A stretch of 55,010 bases of DNA from Verrucomicrobia bacterium UBA1183 (GCA_002309885.1 DBYP01000019.1:8153-63162), one strand, 5' to 3'; positions 39,209-49,304 are shown, counted from the stretch's first letter. The notes: generated by a model from the letters alone, not told the origin. Translations and numbers: made by a program.

Positions 39209-39979
39209 ATGTCGTCAAAAATCGTAAGGGTATTGGGAGGCGTTTTTTCATTGTGCTTCTCATTAAAATTATTCGGTGCTGGCTTCTTAACATTCTCATT
39301 TTATGATGAGACGGGAGCCTTAATCTATTCTGAACAAGATTTACGCATCCGGGTTGGATTACTTCCCTTTCCCTGCATATTTCACTACAACGCGGGAGGA
39401 GATACCTCTTGTCGTTCCGATTTTAGGATTTTAGATAAACCTCAAGAGGCAATTGAAGCCGAAATGCCAAGCGAATTGGTAAGTTTTCTGCAAGGGCAGG
39501 GATTGGCTCAAATTCAGTACTTTGAAGCTTATTGTATGCCTTTGTTGGGAAATATGAATTATTTTACACATTCATGGGCTATGGATAAGATGGTAGAAAA
39601 TCGTATTGTATTGGTAGAATCCGGTATGTTTTCTCCAAAAAACTTATCTCCCATAGACGGAGAAATTGGAGTAAATACGGTTGTACCTCAATATATGTAT
39701 TTTCATGATGACAATAATTTAAGTAGCAATGTAGCTCGATTCAAGATAGATAATACCTCTATGCTGGCAGAAGCTTGGTTTGTTTCCATCTATGATCCGA
39801 AAGATAATGCCGGCAAAAACGCCGATTGTAATCAGATAAAACGCGCTATCGTTGTTCATTGGTATTTTATACCTACCGATTGGACTTCTGTCGAAGAAGA
39901 TATGAAAAGTATCATTGATCTATGGGACTGGTTTGATACAACCCCATCGTTGTTCCCTCCCTTCACTCCGCAAAAATAG
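39209..39979 (+). CDS. Hypothetical exported protein
   Basis: 256-aa ORF, AAGGA upstream, signal-peptide-like N-terminus, no recognised family. Confidence 0.75.
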   Translation: MSSKIVRVLGGVFSLCFSLKLFGAGFLTFSFYDETGALIYSEQDLRIRVGLLPFPCIFHYNAGGDTSCRSDFRILDKPQEAIEAEMPSELVSFLQGQGLAQIQYFEAYCMPLLGNMNYFTHSWAMDKMVENRIVLVESGMFSPKNLSPIDGEIGVNTVVPQYMYFHDDNNLSSNVARFKIDNTSMLAEAWFVSIYDPKDNAGKNADCNQIKRAIVVHWYFIPTDWTSVEEDMKSIIDLWDWFDTTPSLFPPFTPQK

Positions 39980-40176
39980 CAACCATTTATAAAAGTTGTA
40001 ATCTATAAGGAGCCCAAAAAACGGGCTTCTTCCTCTTTCACTCTACTGGGTATTATTTTAAAAGCGACCCCAAAAACTTGTTGTGATCTTTTGCTTACTT
40101 CTAACCTTCTGCTCCTGTTATTTTCTTCAATTTTTCTCTTTACATGAGCTTCCATAAATAAGATAATTCGGGGTGC

Positions 40177-42711
40177 ATGAGCGCAGATACTGGAGGTTGT
40201 TTTTTGCCTACACCATCGATACATTTTCAATTGGAAAATGGATTGAAGGTGATATTTTTGCCGATACAACATACGGACGTACTTGCGATTCAAGTGTGGG
40301 TAAAGACGGGCAGTATCTATGAAGGCGAGTTCTTGGGATCCGGTATTTCGCATTTTGTGGAGCACATGGTTTTTAAGGGGACAAAGAAGCGTTCTTATGC
40401 GGATATTTTTAAAGAAACCCAACGTCAAGGCGCAAAAATAAACGCTTATACTTCCTTTGATAGGACCGTGTATACTTATGATGGTGCGACGAATTCTCTC
40501 GGTGTTGGTCTGGACATTTTGAGCGATATGCTGTGCCGTTCTACGTTCCCCGAAGAAGAATTGATCAAGGAACGCGATGTTATTTTGCGAGAAATCGATA
40601 TGTGTAATGATGATCCCGAAGATCGTTTGAGCCAGATTTTGTTTGAAACCGCCTTTCGTCAGCATCCTTACCAGTATCCCATTATTGGACTTCGACCTAT
40701 TTTTGAGAAGTTAACGCGCCAAAATTTGCTAGATTACTGGGGAAAACGTTATGCGGTTAATAATATGACTGTAATTATTGCCGGAAATTTGAGTGCGGAT
40801 CGTGTGAAAGAGCAGGCGCAGAAATATTTTGGTGAATTTAGTCCCAGAAGCCTAGAGCCGGTTTTCATTCCTCAAGAACCCTTCCAATTGGCAGAACGTT
40901 TTCAACATGAATATGGAGCCTACCAGATCACTCGTGGTGCTGTAGCGTTCAAAATTCCAGGAATAGGGCACAAGGATGGCGCCAAACTGCAGGTTTTAGC
41001 GAATGTTTTAGGCGGCGGAGAAAGTTCGTTGCTTTACCAAAAATTACGCGAAGAACTGCATTGGGTTTATAGTATTGATGTTTCTTCCTGGATGGCTGAA
41101 GGGCTTGGATTGTTTTGGATTCAGTATACGTGTGCACCTGAAAAGCAGGCATTGGTAGAAGATTTTCTGCAGCATAATCTTTGTGAGCTTATTGAAAACA
41201 ATTTATCGGAAAATGCGGTAAAAAAAGCTTATAACCAAGCGATTGTTTCCGAATTGGATGCGCGGAAAACCGTTTCGGGCTGTGCACATCACGTAGGTTG
41301 GGCAACGGTTTGCTTGGGTGATGAAAATTATCCAAAACATTATTTGGAACAGTTGGAAACGCTTACGGCAAGTGCCGTTAAGGTGGTAGGGCAGAAGTAT
41401 TTTCGTGGTGTTGCCTGCACAACGGTTTCGCTGGGGCCTCAATTAGAACCCCAAAAGGTACCTGCAGAAAATTTGGCCACGAAAGATAACGCCGTTGAAG
41501 AGTTTTTTGTGGAAGGTGTTCGCGTACTGATACAGCGGAATGTTGATTTCCCGAAAACTCACGTCCAAGCGCTGTTTTCAGCAGGTTCGCTTTATGAACC
41601 TGAAGATAAGCGGGGCATTACGCAGCTATTGGCAACTTTGCTTACCAAAGATACACAACAGCAAACAGCCGTTAAAATTGCCGAAACCATCGAAAGTATT
41701 GGAGGCCAGTTCAATGGTTTTTCAGGTAACAATCACCTGGGCTTATCGCTAGAAGTGCTTTCCAAAGATATAAAGCTCGCGTTACCTTTATTGAGAAACG
41801 CGCTAATAGCACCGGCATTTTTAGAAAAAACATTTAAAACCGAGAAAAATGCACAATTGGCAGAATTAAAAGAAATGCAGGACGATGTATTTTTCGTGGG
41901 TTTCCAAAAAATAAGACGCCAATTTTTCCAAAAACATCCCTACAATATCGGTCAGCTGGGCACCGAAGAAAGTATCAAAAATATTACTTTAGAAGATTGT
42001 GTGGCGTTTTACAAAAAACTTATTGTCAAACACAATGGTGTTCTATCGGTCGTTACATCGCTACCTGAAGAGGTTGTTTTGAAGTATTTGACACCGATTT
42101 GTGCGCAGCTTAATTCCGAAACATCATTCAATTTGAAGTTGGATAATATCAATTTTTCACCAATAGTTCGATCAGAAGAAGTTTTGGACAAAGAACAAGC
42201 GATGGTATTTCGAGCTTACCCCATTGCTGGCATAGCAGATGATAATTTTTACGTGGGTGAATTTCTAGAAGAACTTTTTAACGGCCTTTCTAGCTCATTC
42301 GTAGAAGAGGTCAGAGAAAAACGCGGTTTGGCTTATACGGTAGGTGCAACGCGTTTGTTGGGTAAAAAAGAGGGTATGTTTTGTTTGTTCGCTGGTACGC
42401 AGGGTCAGCAAGTTTCTGCGGTTGAAGAGGAAATGAGGAAAGGCATTCAGCGCGTTTTAGATAAAAAAATTACCACATCAGAATTTGAAATCTGCAGAAC
42501 CTGCTTGAAGGTAAATCATCAATTACGTCTTCAAACCCTGAGCCGCAAGGCATTTCAAGCGGGTTACGATTGTTTACTACAACTGCCAGCGGAACATGGA
42601 TTGGAATATGAACAAAAAATCGATAGTATTACATTGGAGCACTTTTATGCAGTTTGTGAAAGTTATCTGAAATCCGACCGTTCCAGTACACTAATACTAT
42701 TACCTAAATAA
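40177..42711 (+). CDS. M16 (pitrilysin-family) zinc peptidase, fused two-half form
   Basis: GISHFVEHMVFKGT (HXXEH), NAYTSFDRT, VREKRGLAY. Confidence 0.93.
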   Translation: MSADTGGCFLPTPSIHFQLENGLKVIFLPIQHTDVLAIQVWVKTGSIYEGEFLGSGISHFVEHMVFKGTKKRSYADIFKETQRQGAKINAYTSFDRTVYTYDGATNSLGVGLDILSDMLCRSTFPEEELIKERDVILREIDMCNDDPEDRLSQILFETAFRQHPYQYPIIGLRPIFEKLTRQNLLDYWGKRYAVNNMTVIIAGNLSADRVKEQAQKYFGEFSPRSLEPVFIPQEPFQLAERFQHEYGAYQITRGAVAFKIPGIGHKDGAKLQVLANVLGGGESSLLYQKLREELHWVYSIDVSSWMAEGLGLFWIQYTCAPEKQALVEDFLQHNLCELIENNLSENAVKKAYNQAIVSELDARKTVSGCAHHVGWATVCLGDENYPKHYLEQLETLTASAVKVVGQKYFRGVACTTVSLGPQLEPQKVPAENLATKDNAVEEFFVEGVRVLIQRNVDFPKTHVQALFSAGSLYEPEDKRGITQLLATLLTKDTQQQTAVKIAETIESIGGQFNGFSGNNHLGLSLEVLSKDIKLALPLLRNALIAPAFLEKTFKTEKNAQLAELKEMQDDVFFVGFQKIRRQFFQKHPYNIGQLGTEESIKNITLEDCVAFYKKLIVKHNGVLSVVTSLPEEVVLKYLTPICAQLNSETSFNLKLDNINFSPIVRSEEVLDKEQAMVFRAYPIAGIADDNFYVGEFLEELFNGLSSSFVEEVREKRGLAYTVGATRLLGKKEGMFCLFAGTQGQQVSAVEEEMRKGIQRVLDKKITTSEFEICRTCLKVNHQLRLQTLSRKAFQAGYDCLLQLPAEHGLEYEQKIDSITLEHFYAVCESYLKSDRSSTLILLPK

Positions 42712-42716
42712 CATTT

Positions 42717-45533
42717 ATGAAGAAGAGATATATTGTACGTTTTGCTTTTGCCTTTCTTTGCATTGCATCAGCCTTTTGTAAACCTCAGCCCAAGTGGAAT
42801 GCGCCACTTAAGCAAGCACCAAAGTTATCCAGTGGTTTTTTACCTAACGGAATGAAGTATTTTATCTACCCAACTTGTACCCAGCCGGGGAAAGTTAGCA
42901 TCCGTCTTTTAATTAACGCCGGAGCTGCGATGGAAACCGACCATGAGGATGGTATCGCGCACTTTATTGAACATATGGCCTTTAATGGTACCGATCACTT
43001 CAAGCCGGGAACGCTGATACACTGGTTCAATGATAATGGTATGGGTTTTGGAAACGATACCAATGCCTTTACGAGCTATTTACATACCTGTTTTCAAATT
43101 GACTTACCTAAAAACGATGCAGCCTCTATAGAAAAAGGCTTGTTAGTAGCGCGTGATCAAGGCTTTGGCTGTTTGTTTTTGCCGGAAGAGATTAACCGAG
43201 AACGTGGCGTCATTTTGTCCGAAATGCGTACGCGAGATTCGGCAGCTTATCGTTCCATGAAAACTTTTCTGGAATGGGTTGGTCGTGGAACGTATATATC
43301 AAATCGCTTTGTTATTGGTCGCGAAGAAACCATAAAAAGCTTTACCGCTGCTGACTTTTTTGGCTTTTACAAGAAATGGTACACACCCCACCGTATGACG
43401 GTAATTGTCACAGGCGATTGTAAGTCAAAGAAGGTACTTTCACAGCTCAAGCGAGCTTTCCAAGATAAAAGTGTCATTGCTCAAGAGGCCAAAGCACCCG
43501 AATTACAGGTCAGTATGCCAAAAGAAGATCCTGAGGTGTTGGTTTATAACAACAAAGACTTATCAGGAACGCGCGTTGTTCTTCAAGTACAAAAAAATGT
43601 ACCCCCAAAACCGTCAACCCTACAAACATTTAAGGAAGATGCCGCTTGGACACTTATAAAAATTATCATCGATCAACGTTTGGAAGAGCTTAAAAACAAA
43701 ACATGTTTAACAGAATGTCATTTCGATCATCAGATAGAATTTGAAACGCTTGAGAATGCCAGTATTTCTTTTATTGGTGAAGCCAAAGATATCGTAAATA
43801 TGGTTAATGAACTCGAAAAGTTCAATCGCACCGTTGGTACTTTTGGTTTTTCGCAACAGGAATTAAATGCTGCTAAAAAAATTTACGAGGGAAAACTCAA
43901 ATTAGCTCAAGATGCCGAACGCAATGCGACACCGCAAGAGCTGGCTGAAGGCATCGTTGGGGCGTTGATGGTGGGAAATGTCATTACTTCAGCGCAGCAA
44001 GATCTGGAAAATTTTGAAAAAATTCAATCCTTTATAATGCCGGAATATTGCGAAGGTTTGTGGAAATCCCTATTTAAGGAAGGTGTATTCGTGTTCGTAA
44101 GCACGCCAGATGCTGCAATTACAGCGGACAGCATAAAGCATTCGTATTTAGAAAGTCGAAAAATTATTTTGGAAATCCCGAAAAATTTCCAGAATTTAAC
44201 CTTTCAATCGCCGTTTAAGACCTTGAAGCCTGTCCAAATTTGCGATCGTCACTTTTTTGAATCTTCCGGTGTAGAAACGCTCCGATTGGAAAACAACGTT
44301 CGTATCAATCTGAAAAGAACAGATTTCGAAAAAGATCGCATTTGGATCCATGTTCAGCTAGGTAATGGTTTGCTGGACTTCATAAATACGCCGTACCCCG
44401 GACTTAATTTGCTCCTAGGCTCTTCATTGGTTGCGGGTGGTTTGCAACAAATGGAGCATAGCGCATTAAAACGAGTTTTTGACGGAAAATGCGTCAGCCT
44501 TGATTTCGATGTTGAAGATGATAATTATGCTTTCAAATGTGTTACCAACCGCGAATGTCTTTTGGAACAGCTACAGCTGATATGCGCTTATTTATTGGAA
44601 CCGGGGTATCGTGAAGAAGGAGTCTTGAATTTCCGAAAAATGATTCCTGTTTGGTACAATTATTTTGAACATAACTGCGAAGGCGTTTTTCAGTCGGATG
44701 TCGTCAAGTTCCTCGCAAACAATGATGTACGCTATGGATACGCACCAAAGGAAGAAATCTTGAAACGCAATTTTGATGAAGCCAAAAAACTTTTAGAGCC
44801 TGTTTTTGCAAAAGCCTATATGGAAGTAACGATTGTTGGTGACTTTGAGCCCACACAAATTACAAAATACCTGCAAGATACTTTGGGACAGCTGAGTAAG
44901 CGCGAAGCAACGAAAACGATATCCGACAATTTGAGAGTGCTTCCATTCCCCGAAGTGCAAACAAAAATGTTTTCTTGCCAATCGGAACTGGATAAAGCCA
45001 TCGTTTATGTCGTTTGGCCGACAGAATCGGTTTGGGATGTGCAACATCGGCGCATATTAACCGTTGCAAAGGATGTTTTAAGAGATCGTTTACTGCAAGC
45101 CATTCGACAGACCCAGGGCGACACCTATTCACCGCGTGTACAAAGTGTACAGAGTGAGTTGTTCAAAAATCGTGGGCATATAGGGGCGTTGTTGATGATT
45201 GCACCTGAAAAATTGGATGCGATTTCTGATCAAATCATGAAGATAGCCGATGATATGGCGCTTAACGGTATAACCCAAGCCGAATTAGATCGTGCGGTAA
45301 AACCCATCGTTTCTGCATTGGAACAATCTAGGCGAAACAATAAATTTTGGATGGATTGGATTCAAAACTTTCAGCAATATCCAGAAAAGCAGACATGGGA
45401 TTGGGAAAATGAAATGCCCTACCTTCAGTTGACTATAGCGGATGTCAATGCGATTGCTAAAAGGTACCTCCAACGGAAATCCGCTATCTGTATACAAATA
45501 AAGCCCGAAAAGCCAGAAACCAAGGTAGAATGA
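42717..45533 (+). CDS. M16 zinc peptidase, PqqL-like, with signal peptide
   Basis: LPNGMKY, GIAHFIEHMAFNGT, FGNDTNAFTS, FYKKWYTP. Confidence 0.93.
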   Translation: MKKRYIVRFAFAFLCIASAFCKPQPKWNAPLKQAPKLSSGFLPNGMKYFIYPTCTQPGKVSIRLLINAGAAMETDHEDGIAHFIEHMAFNGTDHFKPGTLIHWFNDNGMGFGNDTNAFTSYLHTCFQIDLPKNDAASIEKGLLVARDQGFGCLFLPEEINRERGVILSEMRTRDSAAYRSMKTFLEWVGRGTYISNRFVIGREETIKSFTAADFFGFYKKWYTPHRMTVIVTGDCKSKKVLSQLKRAFQDKSVIAQEAKAPELQVSMPKEDPEVLVYNNKDLSGTRVVLQVQKNVPPKPSTLQTFKEDAAWTLIKIIIDQRLEELKNKTCLTECHFDHQIEFETLENASISFIGEAKDIVNMVNELEKFNRTVGTFGFSQQELNAAKKIYEGKLKLAQDAERNATPQELAEGIVGALMVGNVITSAQQDLENFEKIQSFIMPEYCEGLWKSLFKEGVFVFVSTPDAAITADSIKHSYLESRKIILEIPKNFQNLTFQSPFKTLKPVQICDRHFFESSGVETLRLENNVRINLKRTDFEKDRIWIHVQLGNGLLDFINTPYPGLNLLLGSSLVAGGLQQMEHSALKRVFDGKCVSLDFDVEDDNYAFKCVTNRECLLEQLQLICAYLLEPGYREEGVLNFRKMIPVWYNYFEHNCEGVFQSDVVKFLANNDVRYGYAPKEEILKRNFDEAKKLLEPVFAKAYMEVTIVGDFEPTQITKYLQDTLGQLSKREATKTISDNLRVLPFPEVQTKMFSCQSELDKAIVYVVWPTESVWDVQHRRILTVAKDVLRDRLLQAIRQTQGDTYSPRVQSVQSELFKNRGHIGALLMIAPEKLDAISDQIMKIADDMALNGITQAELDRAVKPIVSALEQSRRNNKFWMDWIQNFQQYPEKQTWDWENEMPYLQLTIADVNAIAKRYLQRKSAICIQIKPEKPETKVE

Positions 45534-45970
45534 TGTTGTATTTAGGTTCAGATCATGGTGGTTTTGCACTCAAAGAAAGACTAGATGCTTTCTTGAATGA
45601 ACGTGGAATCGCTTATGAAGATTTGGGAACGCACAATACTCAAAGCTGCGATTATCCAGAATTTGCCGCATTGGTAGCAACCCGAGTACAAGCGGATATT
45701 GCGCATCGTGGTATCTTGATCTGTACATCAGGTGTGGGAATGGCTATCGCAGCGAATAAATTTCGTGGTATTTATGCGGCTCGACTTACACAACCAGATG
45801 AAGTAAAAATAGCCCGTCAGCATAATGGCATCAATGTGTTATGCCTACCGGGCAACATCGCAGCAAATTTGGCCTGTGAGATGGTCGATCTATTCTTGAA
45901 AACCCCTTTGGATATGAGCGATCGACATCAACATCGTCGTCAGCTTATCGCCGATTTTGAGAAGCAATAA
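45530..45970 (+). CDS. rpiB: Ribose-5-phosphate isomerase B
   Basis: GSDHGGF.LK, DYP, GILICTSGVGM.IAANK, ARQHN, RHQHR. Confidence 0.95.
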   Translation: MMLYLGSDHGGFALKERLDAFLNERGIAYEDLGTHNTQSCDYPEFAALVATRVQADIAHRGILICTSGVGMAIAANKFRGIYAARLTQPDEVKIARQHNGINVLCLPGNIAANLACEMVDLFLKTPLDMSDRHQHRRQLIADFEKQ

Positions 45971-45981
45971 CTTACGTTTTC

Positions 45982-46063
45982 AGAGCGCGTTTGTACGAGA
46001 TAGGAGAATAAATCACAAGGGAACTTTTTGAAAAAAGTTTCCCTTAAATCCTCAAAAACTTTT
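45982..46063 (+). repeat. Partial modular repeat (hairpin 1 plus linker)
   Basis: AGAGCGCGTTTG...AAGGGAACTTTTTGAAAAAAGTTTCCCTTAAATCCTCAAAAACTTT between convergent rpiB and LRR genes. Confidence 0.8.
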
Positions 46064-46084
46064 ACTCTTTTTTGAAATAATTTC

Positions 46085-46966
46085 CTATAGAATTGCAAGT
46101 TTACTCTCTTTTTTGGCCTTGATATCTGCCAAAATGGATTTAGAGGTTTCATCCAAAAATTCTTCGGAAATACTTAGCTTTTGGAGTCGATTTAGTTTAC
46201 ATTCCCAATGGTCCCCAACACGGTAGAAAAGCGTAGCAATTGACCGCAAATGGATACAGTTTTTTAGATTCAATTCCTCCAATGCTCGTAAGTGAAGCAA
46301 GTCATTCAATTGGGTGATGAAAGTTCCGTTAGCACTTAATTTTTTTAAAGAGACCAGCGGTTCTTTAATGGTAATGCTTTTGAGCGGATTGTCGGAAATA
46401 TCCACTTCTTCCAATAATTTGTTAAAATTTTTTATAAAAATCAATTGTTGGATGTTATTGTTATTGAGTTTTAAATAATGTAAAGAAACAAACAAGCAAC
46501 AAAACGCGTACTTTAGCTGATTATAAGATAAATCTAGAGATTCTAAACGCTCTAACAGGTTTATTCCTGAAGGCGCGACGATTTGATTTTTGCTAAGATT
46601 GAGCGTTTTTAATTGGCTTAAAGTTGTCAGCGGTACGATATTATTTATAAAATTTCCCGACAAAGAAAGGTGATTTAAACTTTTTAAAGCACCAAAACCT
46701 TCAACGGTAGAAATTTGAGCATTATCCAAACGTAAATTTAATACAGATTCCAGATTTGTTTCTTTTACAACCGTATTTTTTAAAATGGTTTTTGCTTGCA
46801 GATCTTTGATGACCGCTAATTTATCCTCTTGCAAACGCTTTTGTTGCAGAAGCTGTAAATCCTTTGCATTATCTTTGGGAAGAGAAGTCTCTGTAGCTAA
46901 AACCTCAGCTCTTGAGAAACTTCCCAATAAGCAAGTAACAACAAGAGAAAGTATCGTCCGCATCAC
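46085..46966 (-). CDS. Secreted leucine-rich repeat protein (SDS22/internalin-type)
   Basis: Signal-like MRTILSLVVTCLLGSFSRA; repeated LxxLxLxxNxI units (LNHLSLSGNFI, LKTLNLSKNQI, LESLDLSYNQL). Confidence 0.88.
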   Translation of the reverse strand: MMRTILSLVVTCLLGSFSRAEVLATETSLPKDNAKDLQLLQQKRLQEDKLAVIKDLQAKTILKNTVVKETNLESVLNLRLDNAQISTVEGFGALKSLNHLSLSGNFINNIVPLTTLSQLKTLNLSKNQIVAPSGINLLERLESLDLSYNQLKYAFCCLFVSLHYLKLNNNNIQQLIFIKNFNKLLEEVDISDNPLKSITIKEPLVSLKKLSANGTFITQLNDLLHLRALEELNLKNCIHLRSIATLFYRVGDHWECKLNRLQKLSISEEFLDETSKSILADIKAKKESKLAIL

Positions 46967-47593
46967 TTATGAATTGAGTAATTTCAAAAGCTCTTCTATA
47001 CGCACTTTTAAGCCAACTTCGTCTTCCGTTAAGTCGCCACGTTTAGAAAAAAGGTCTGCAGCTATTTGTAAATAATCGCGAGCACCTACTGTATTTTCGC
47101 GCTGAATTTCATTTTCGGCAGCTAAAAATAGCAGATCGGGTTCAGGAAAGACCGAGGTTGCAGTTTTAAAAAACGTAGCAGCTTCCTCGGGACCGTACAA
47201 CGATTGAACGACGGATCCTAAATAAAGGTAAGTTTTATAGTGTGCAGGATAATAGGTTGAAATGAAAGAAAGCATCTTATAGGCATCATCCAAAGTACCT
47301 CGATCATAGGCTTGTAAGGCAATATGAATTAACTGGTTAAAAATACCCTCGTTAAAATCCGCATTTTTGGTTTTTAACATTTGCCAAAAATATTTGAGCT
47401 CACCCGCTTTATCGTACTCCTTGAACACTTGGATAGCTTCCTGCAGCAAATTTGCTTGCTGTTCAAGATAGCGCTGCCACTTAGGTTGTTGCTTTAAAAT
47501 TTCGCTTTCGCAATTATCCAATGTTTTATTTTCAGCTTCAACCTTTGCGGCGAATTCAATCGTGCTTAATAAGTAAGATAAATTATTTTTCAT
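46967..47593 (-). CDS. TPR protein resembling SycD/LcrH class II type III secretion chaperones
   Basis: IALQAYDRGTLDDAYKMLSFI...YLYLGSVVQ...EEAATFF...EPDLLFLAAE...A...L: three TPRs spaced like LcrH. Confidence 0.68.
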   Translation of the reverse strand: MKNNLSYLLSTIEFAAKVEAENKTLDNCESEILKQQPKWQRYLEQQANLLQEAIQVFKEYDKAGELKYFWQMLKTKNADFNEGIFNQLIHIALQAYDRGTLDDAYKMLSFISTYYPAHYKTYLYLGSVVQSLYGPEEAATFFKTATSVFPEPDLLFLAAENEIQRENTVGARDYLQIAADLFSKRGDLTEDEVGLKVRIEELLKLLNS

Positions 47594-47603
47594 GACGTTT
47601 CCT

Positions 47604-48386
47604 TTAGGCTGCTTGGGGTATCGTTACAGCAATTTCTTGGGTAAGAGCTTCGGTATCTTGCACTTTGACTTGTGAAATTTCCGCTGGAGCCGTTGATTTC
47701 GTGGTATCTTTTTCAGCGCGTTCAATCACTTGTTCTATGGGTCTGGTAATTTTATCCGTGAAGTCGTCTAGTGTTTTCGTACCATTAAGAAGCTTTCTTG
47801 CAGGCGAATGTTCAGAAAAACTTTCGACAAATTTTTTCCAATTTTCCTCTTTGTTTAAACCTTTAGACACAGAAGATTTTAATTTTATCATACAGGGAAC
47901 GAGCGCTACCAATTTTGCCAACGGTGTAATTGCAACAGCGACTGAAACGCCAACGCCCGCAAGTGTTCCCAATTTGATGTTATTGAAAGTTTCTTTAAAG
48001 AATCCCTTAATTTTCTCACCAACAGTTGATCCTTTTTTTTCAGTCTGGTGAAGCACTTGTAAAACAGTTCCCGCAGCCAATAAAATACCGCCACCCACCA
48101 TCAGTGGGATTCCTAAGGGAATTCCTCCTACGGTTAAGTTAGCTGCAATTCCAGAAAATAGTAATGACATTCCACCTGTCACTAATCCGGCTGTACCCCC
48201 AATTTGTCCCAGCTTAGCAAACCCACTCTTATGTTTTAATACATAATCTTTACCTGCAATAAACTTTTGTTTGAGTGTTTGTAAAAGCGACTCTTCGCCT
48301 TTTTGGGGAGCTGACGCACCTTCAATGGGCGCTTGAGAAGTTAGAATCTCTGCCTTTACCGCTCCTGTGGCTCCTGCTGCGCTCAT
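47604..48386 (-). CDS. Hypothetical membrane protein with a long Gly-rich hydrophobic hairpin (translocator/Inc-like)
   Basis: About 50-aa uncharged bilobed segment GGTAGLVTGGMSLLFSGIAANLTVGGIPLGIPLMVGGGILLAAGTVLQVL, a second hydrophobic segment, and an A/G/S/T-rich N-terminus with no Sec signal. Confidence 0.7.
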   Translation of the reverse strand: MSAAGATGAVKAEILTSQAPIEGASAPQKGEESLLQTLKQKFIAGKDYVLKHKSGFAKLGQIGGTAGLVTGGMSLLFSGIAANLTVGGIPLGIPLMVGGGILLAAGTVLQVLHQTEKKGSTVGEKIKGFFKETFNNIKLGTLAGVGVSVAVAITPLAKLVALVPCMIKLKSSVSKGLNKEENWKKFVESFSEHSPARKLLNGTKTLDDFTDKITRPIEQVIERAEKDTTKSTAPAEISQVKVQDTEALTQEIAVTIPQAA

Positions 48387-49039
48387 AATGACCTCTCGTT
48401 TTTAAATAACGATCCCAAAACATTGTAAGCAGATTCTACGGATTGAACCGGATCCGCTCTTAACGTTTGTCCTTCCTGTACATCACGGCAAACATTGGAG
48501 AATGAAAAATTCTTTTTTGCAAAAAATTCAACGCTGCGTACAAATGTTACATCATAGCTTTTTATCGAAACGAAACCTTTGAAACTAAAAATTAGATTGT
48601 CGATAATGAAATTTTTCTTGGAGCTACCCGAGAATAATTTTCCAAGAGGTAGAAAATTATTACTACCGTTCTGTTTTACAAAACACATTTGATGACAATC
48701 AATTTCCATCTCTTTTACATGCACGCAGGTCCCTAACAAACTAATAGGCTCTAGTTTACATTTGATGGTTCTAAACTTCATACAATCCGCTGTATGAAAA
48801 TCTTGGGAATTAAATATCGATACATCTTTAAGTTCGATATCACCCCTTGCCCAATTTACCGTTGCTTTTCCAATCTTGCAAAGCGCCTTTGTTTTACACT
48901 CGAAGCCATACGATAAGGCATAGGGCAACCAATGATCTGTTGTCACTGGAAGCAATATTATCAACCACGGCAAGGAAAAAATGGATCCTAATAATAGCCA
49001 CATGAGCCCACGAAACGGTAGTAAAAAGAAGTTTATCAT
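48383..49039 (-). CDS. Short AsmA/DUF748-like membrane-anchored protein
   Basis: N-terminal TM, then GDIELKDVSIFN..DF...ISLL...HVKEMEID...NGSNNF beta-rich pattern. Confidence 0.62.
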   Translation of the reverse strand: MINFFLLPFRGLMWLLLGSIFSLPWLIILLPVTTDHWLPYALSYGFECKTKALCKIGKATVNWARGDIELKDVSIFNSQDFHTADCMKFRTIKCKLEPISLLGTCVHVKEMEIDCHQMCFVKQNGSNNFLPLGKLFSGSSKKNFIIDNLIFSFKGFVSIKSYDVTFVRSVEFFAKKNFSFSNVCRDVQEGQTLRADPVQSVESAYNVLGSLFKNERSL

Positions 49040-49045
49040 ATAAAC

Positions 49046-49074
49046 ATAATATGATTTTTCTCAAAAAAAATCAA
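49046..49074 (-). promoter_or_regulatory. sigma70 promoter of the four-gene operon, probably leaderless
   Basis: Minus strand TTGATT-N17-TATTAT-N6-ATG. Confidence 0.55.
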
Positions 49075-49082
49075 ATAAAAAA

Positions 49083-49245
49083 TAGACATCTTGCAAAAGT
49101 CGGAAATGCAAGTAAAGTGAGGCTCCAGTGGGAATTTTAAGAAATTTACAACAAGGTTTTTGTTCGATAAATTTTGATTTTTCAAAAATCAACAAAAACA
49201 GTTTCCCATAAAATTTTTAGTTTTTGAACTTTTGCAAGAGGTTTA
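49083..49245. mobile_element. MITE of about 163 bp with 18-bp terminal inverted repeats
   Basis: TAGACATCTTGCAAAAGT ... ACTTTTGCAAGAGGTTTA (16/18 complementary, TA at both ends); no coding capacity seen. Confidence 0.8.
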
Positions 49246-49304
49246 ACATAATGCGAGATTTACGAGGGAACTTAATTGTTTCTCAAATTTAAAATTTACC
49301 CGTT

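Noticed and set aside
40003-40665. 220-aa minus-strand ORF
   Set aside because: Antisense to the well-supported M16 peptidase, with no motifs
40177-45533. Tandem M16 peptidases as a novel system
   Set aside because: Adjacent M16 genes are common and both have ordinary HXXEH sites
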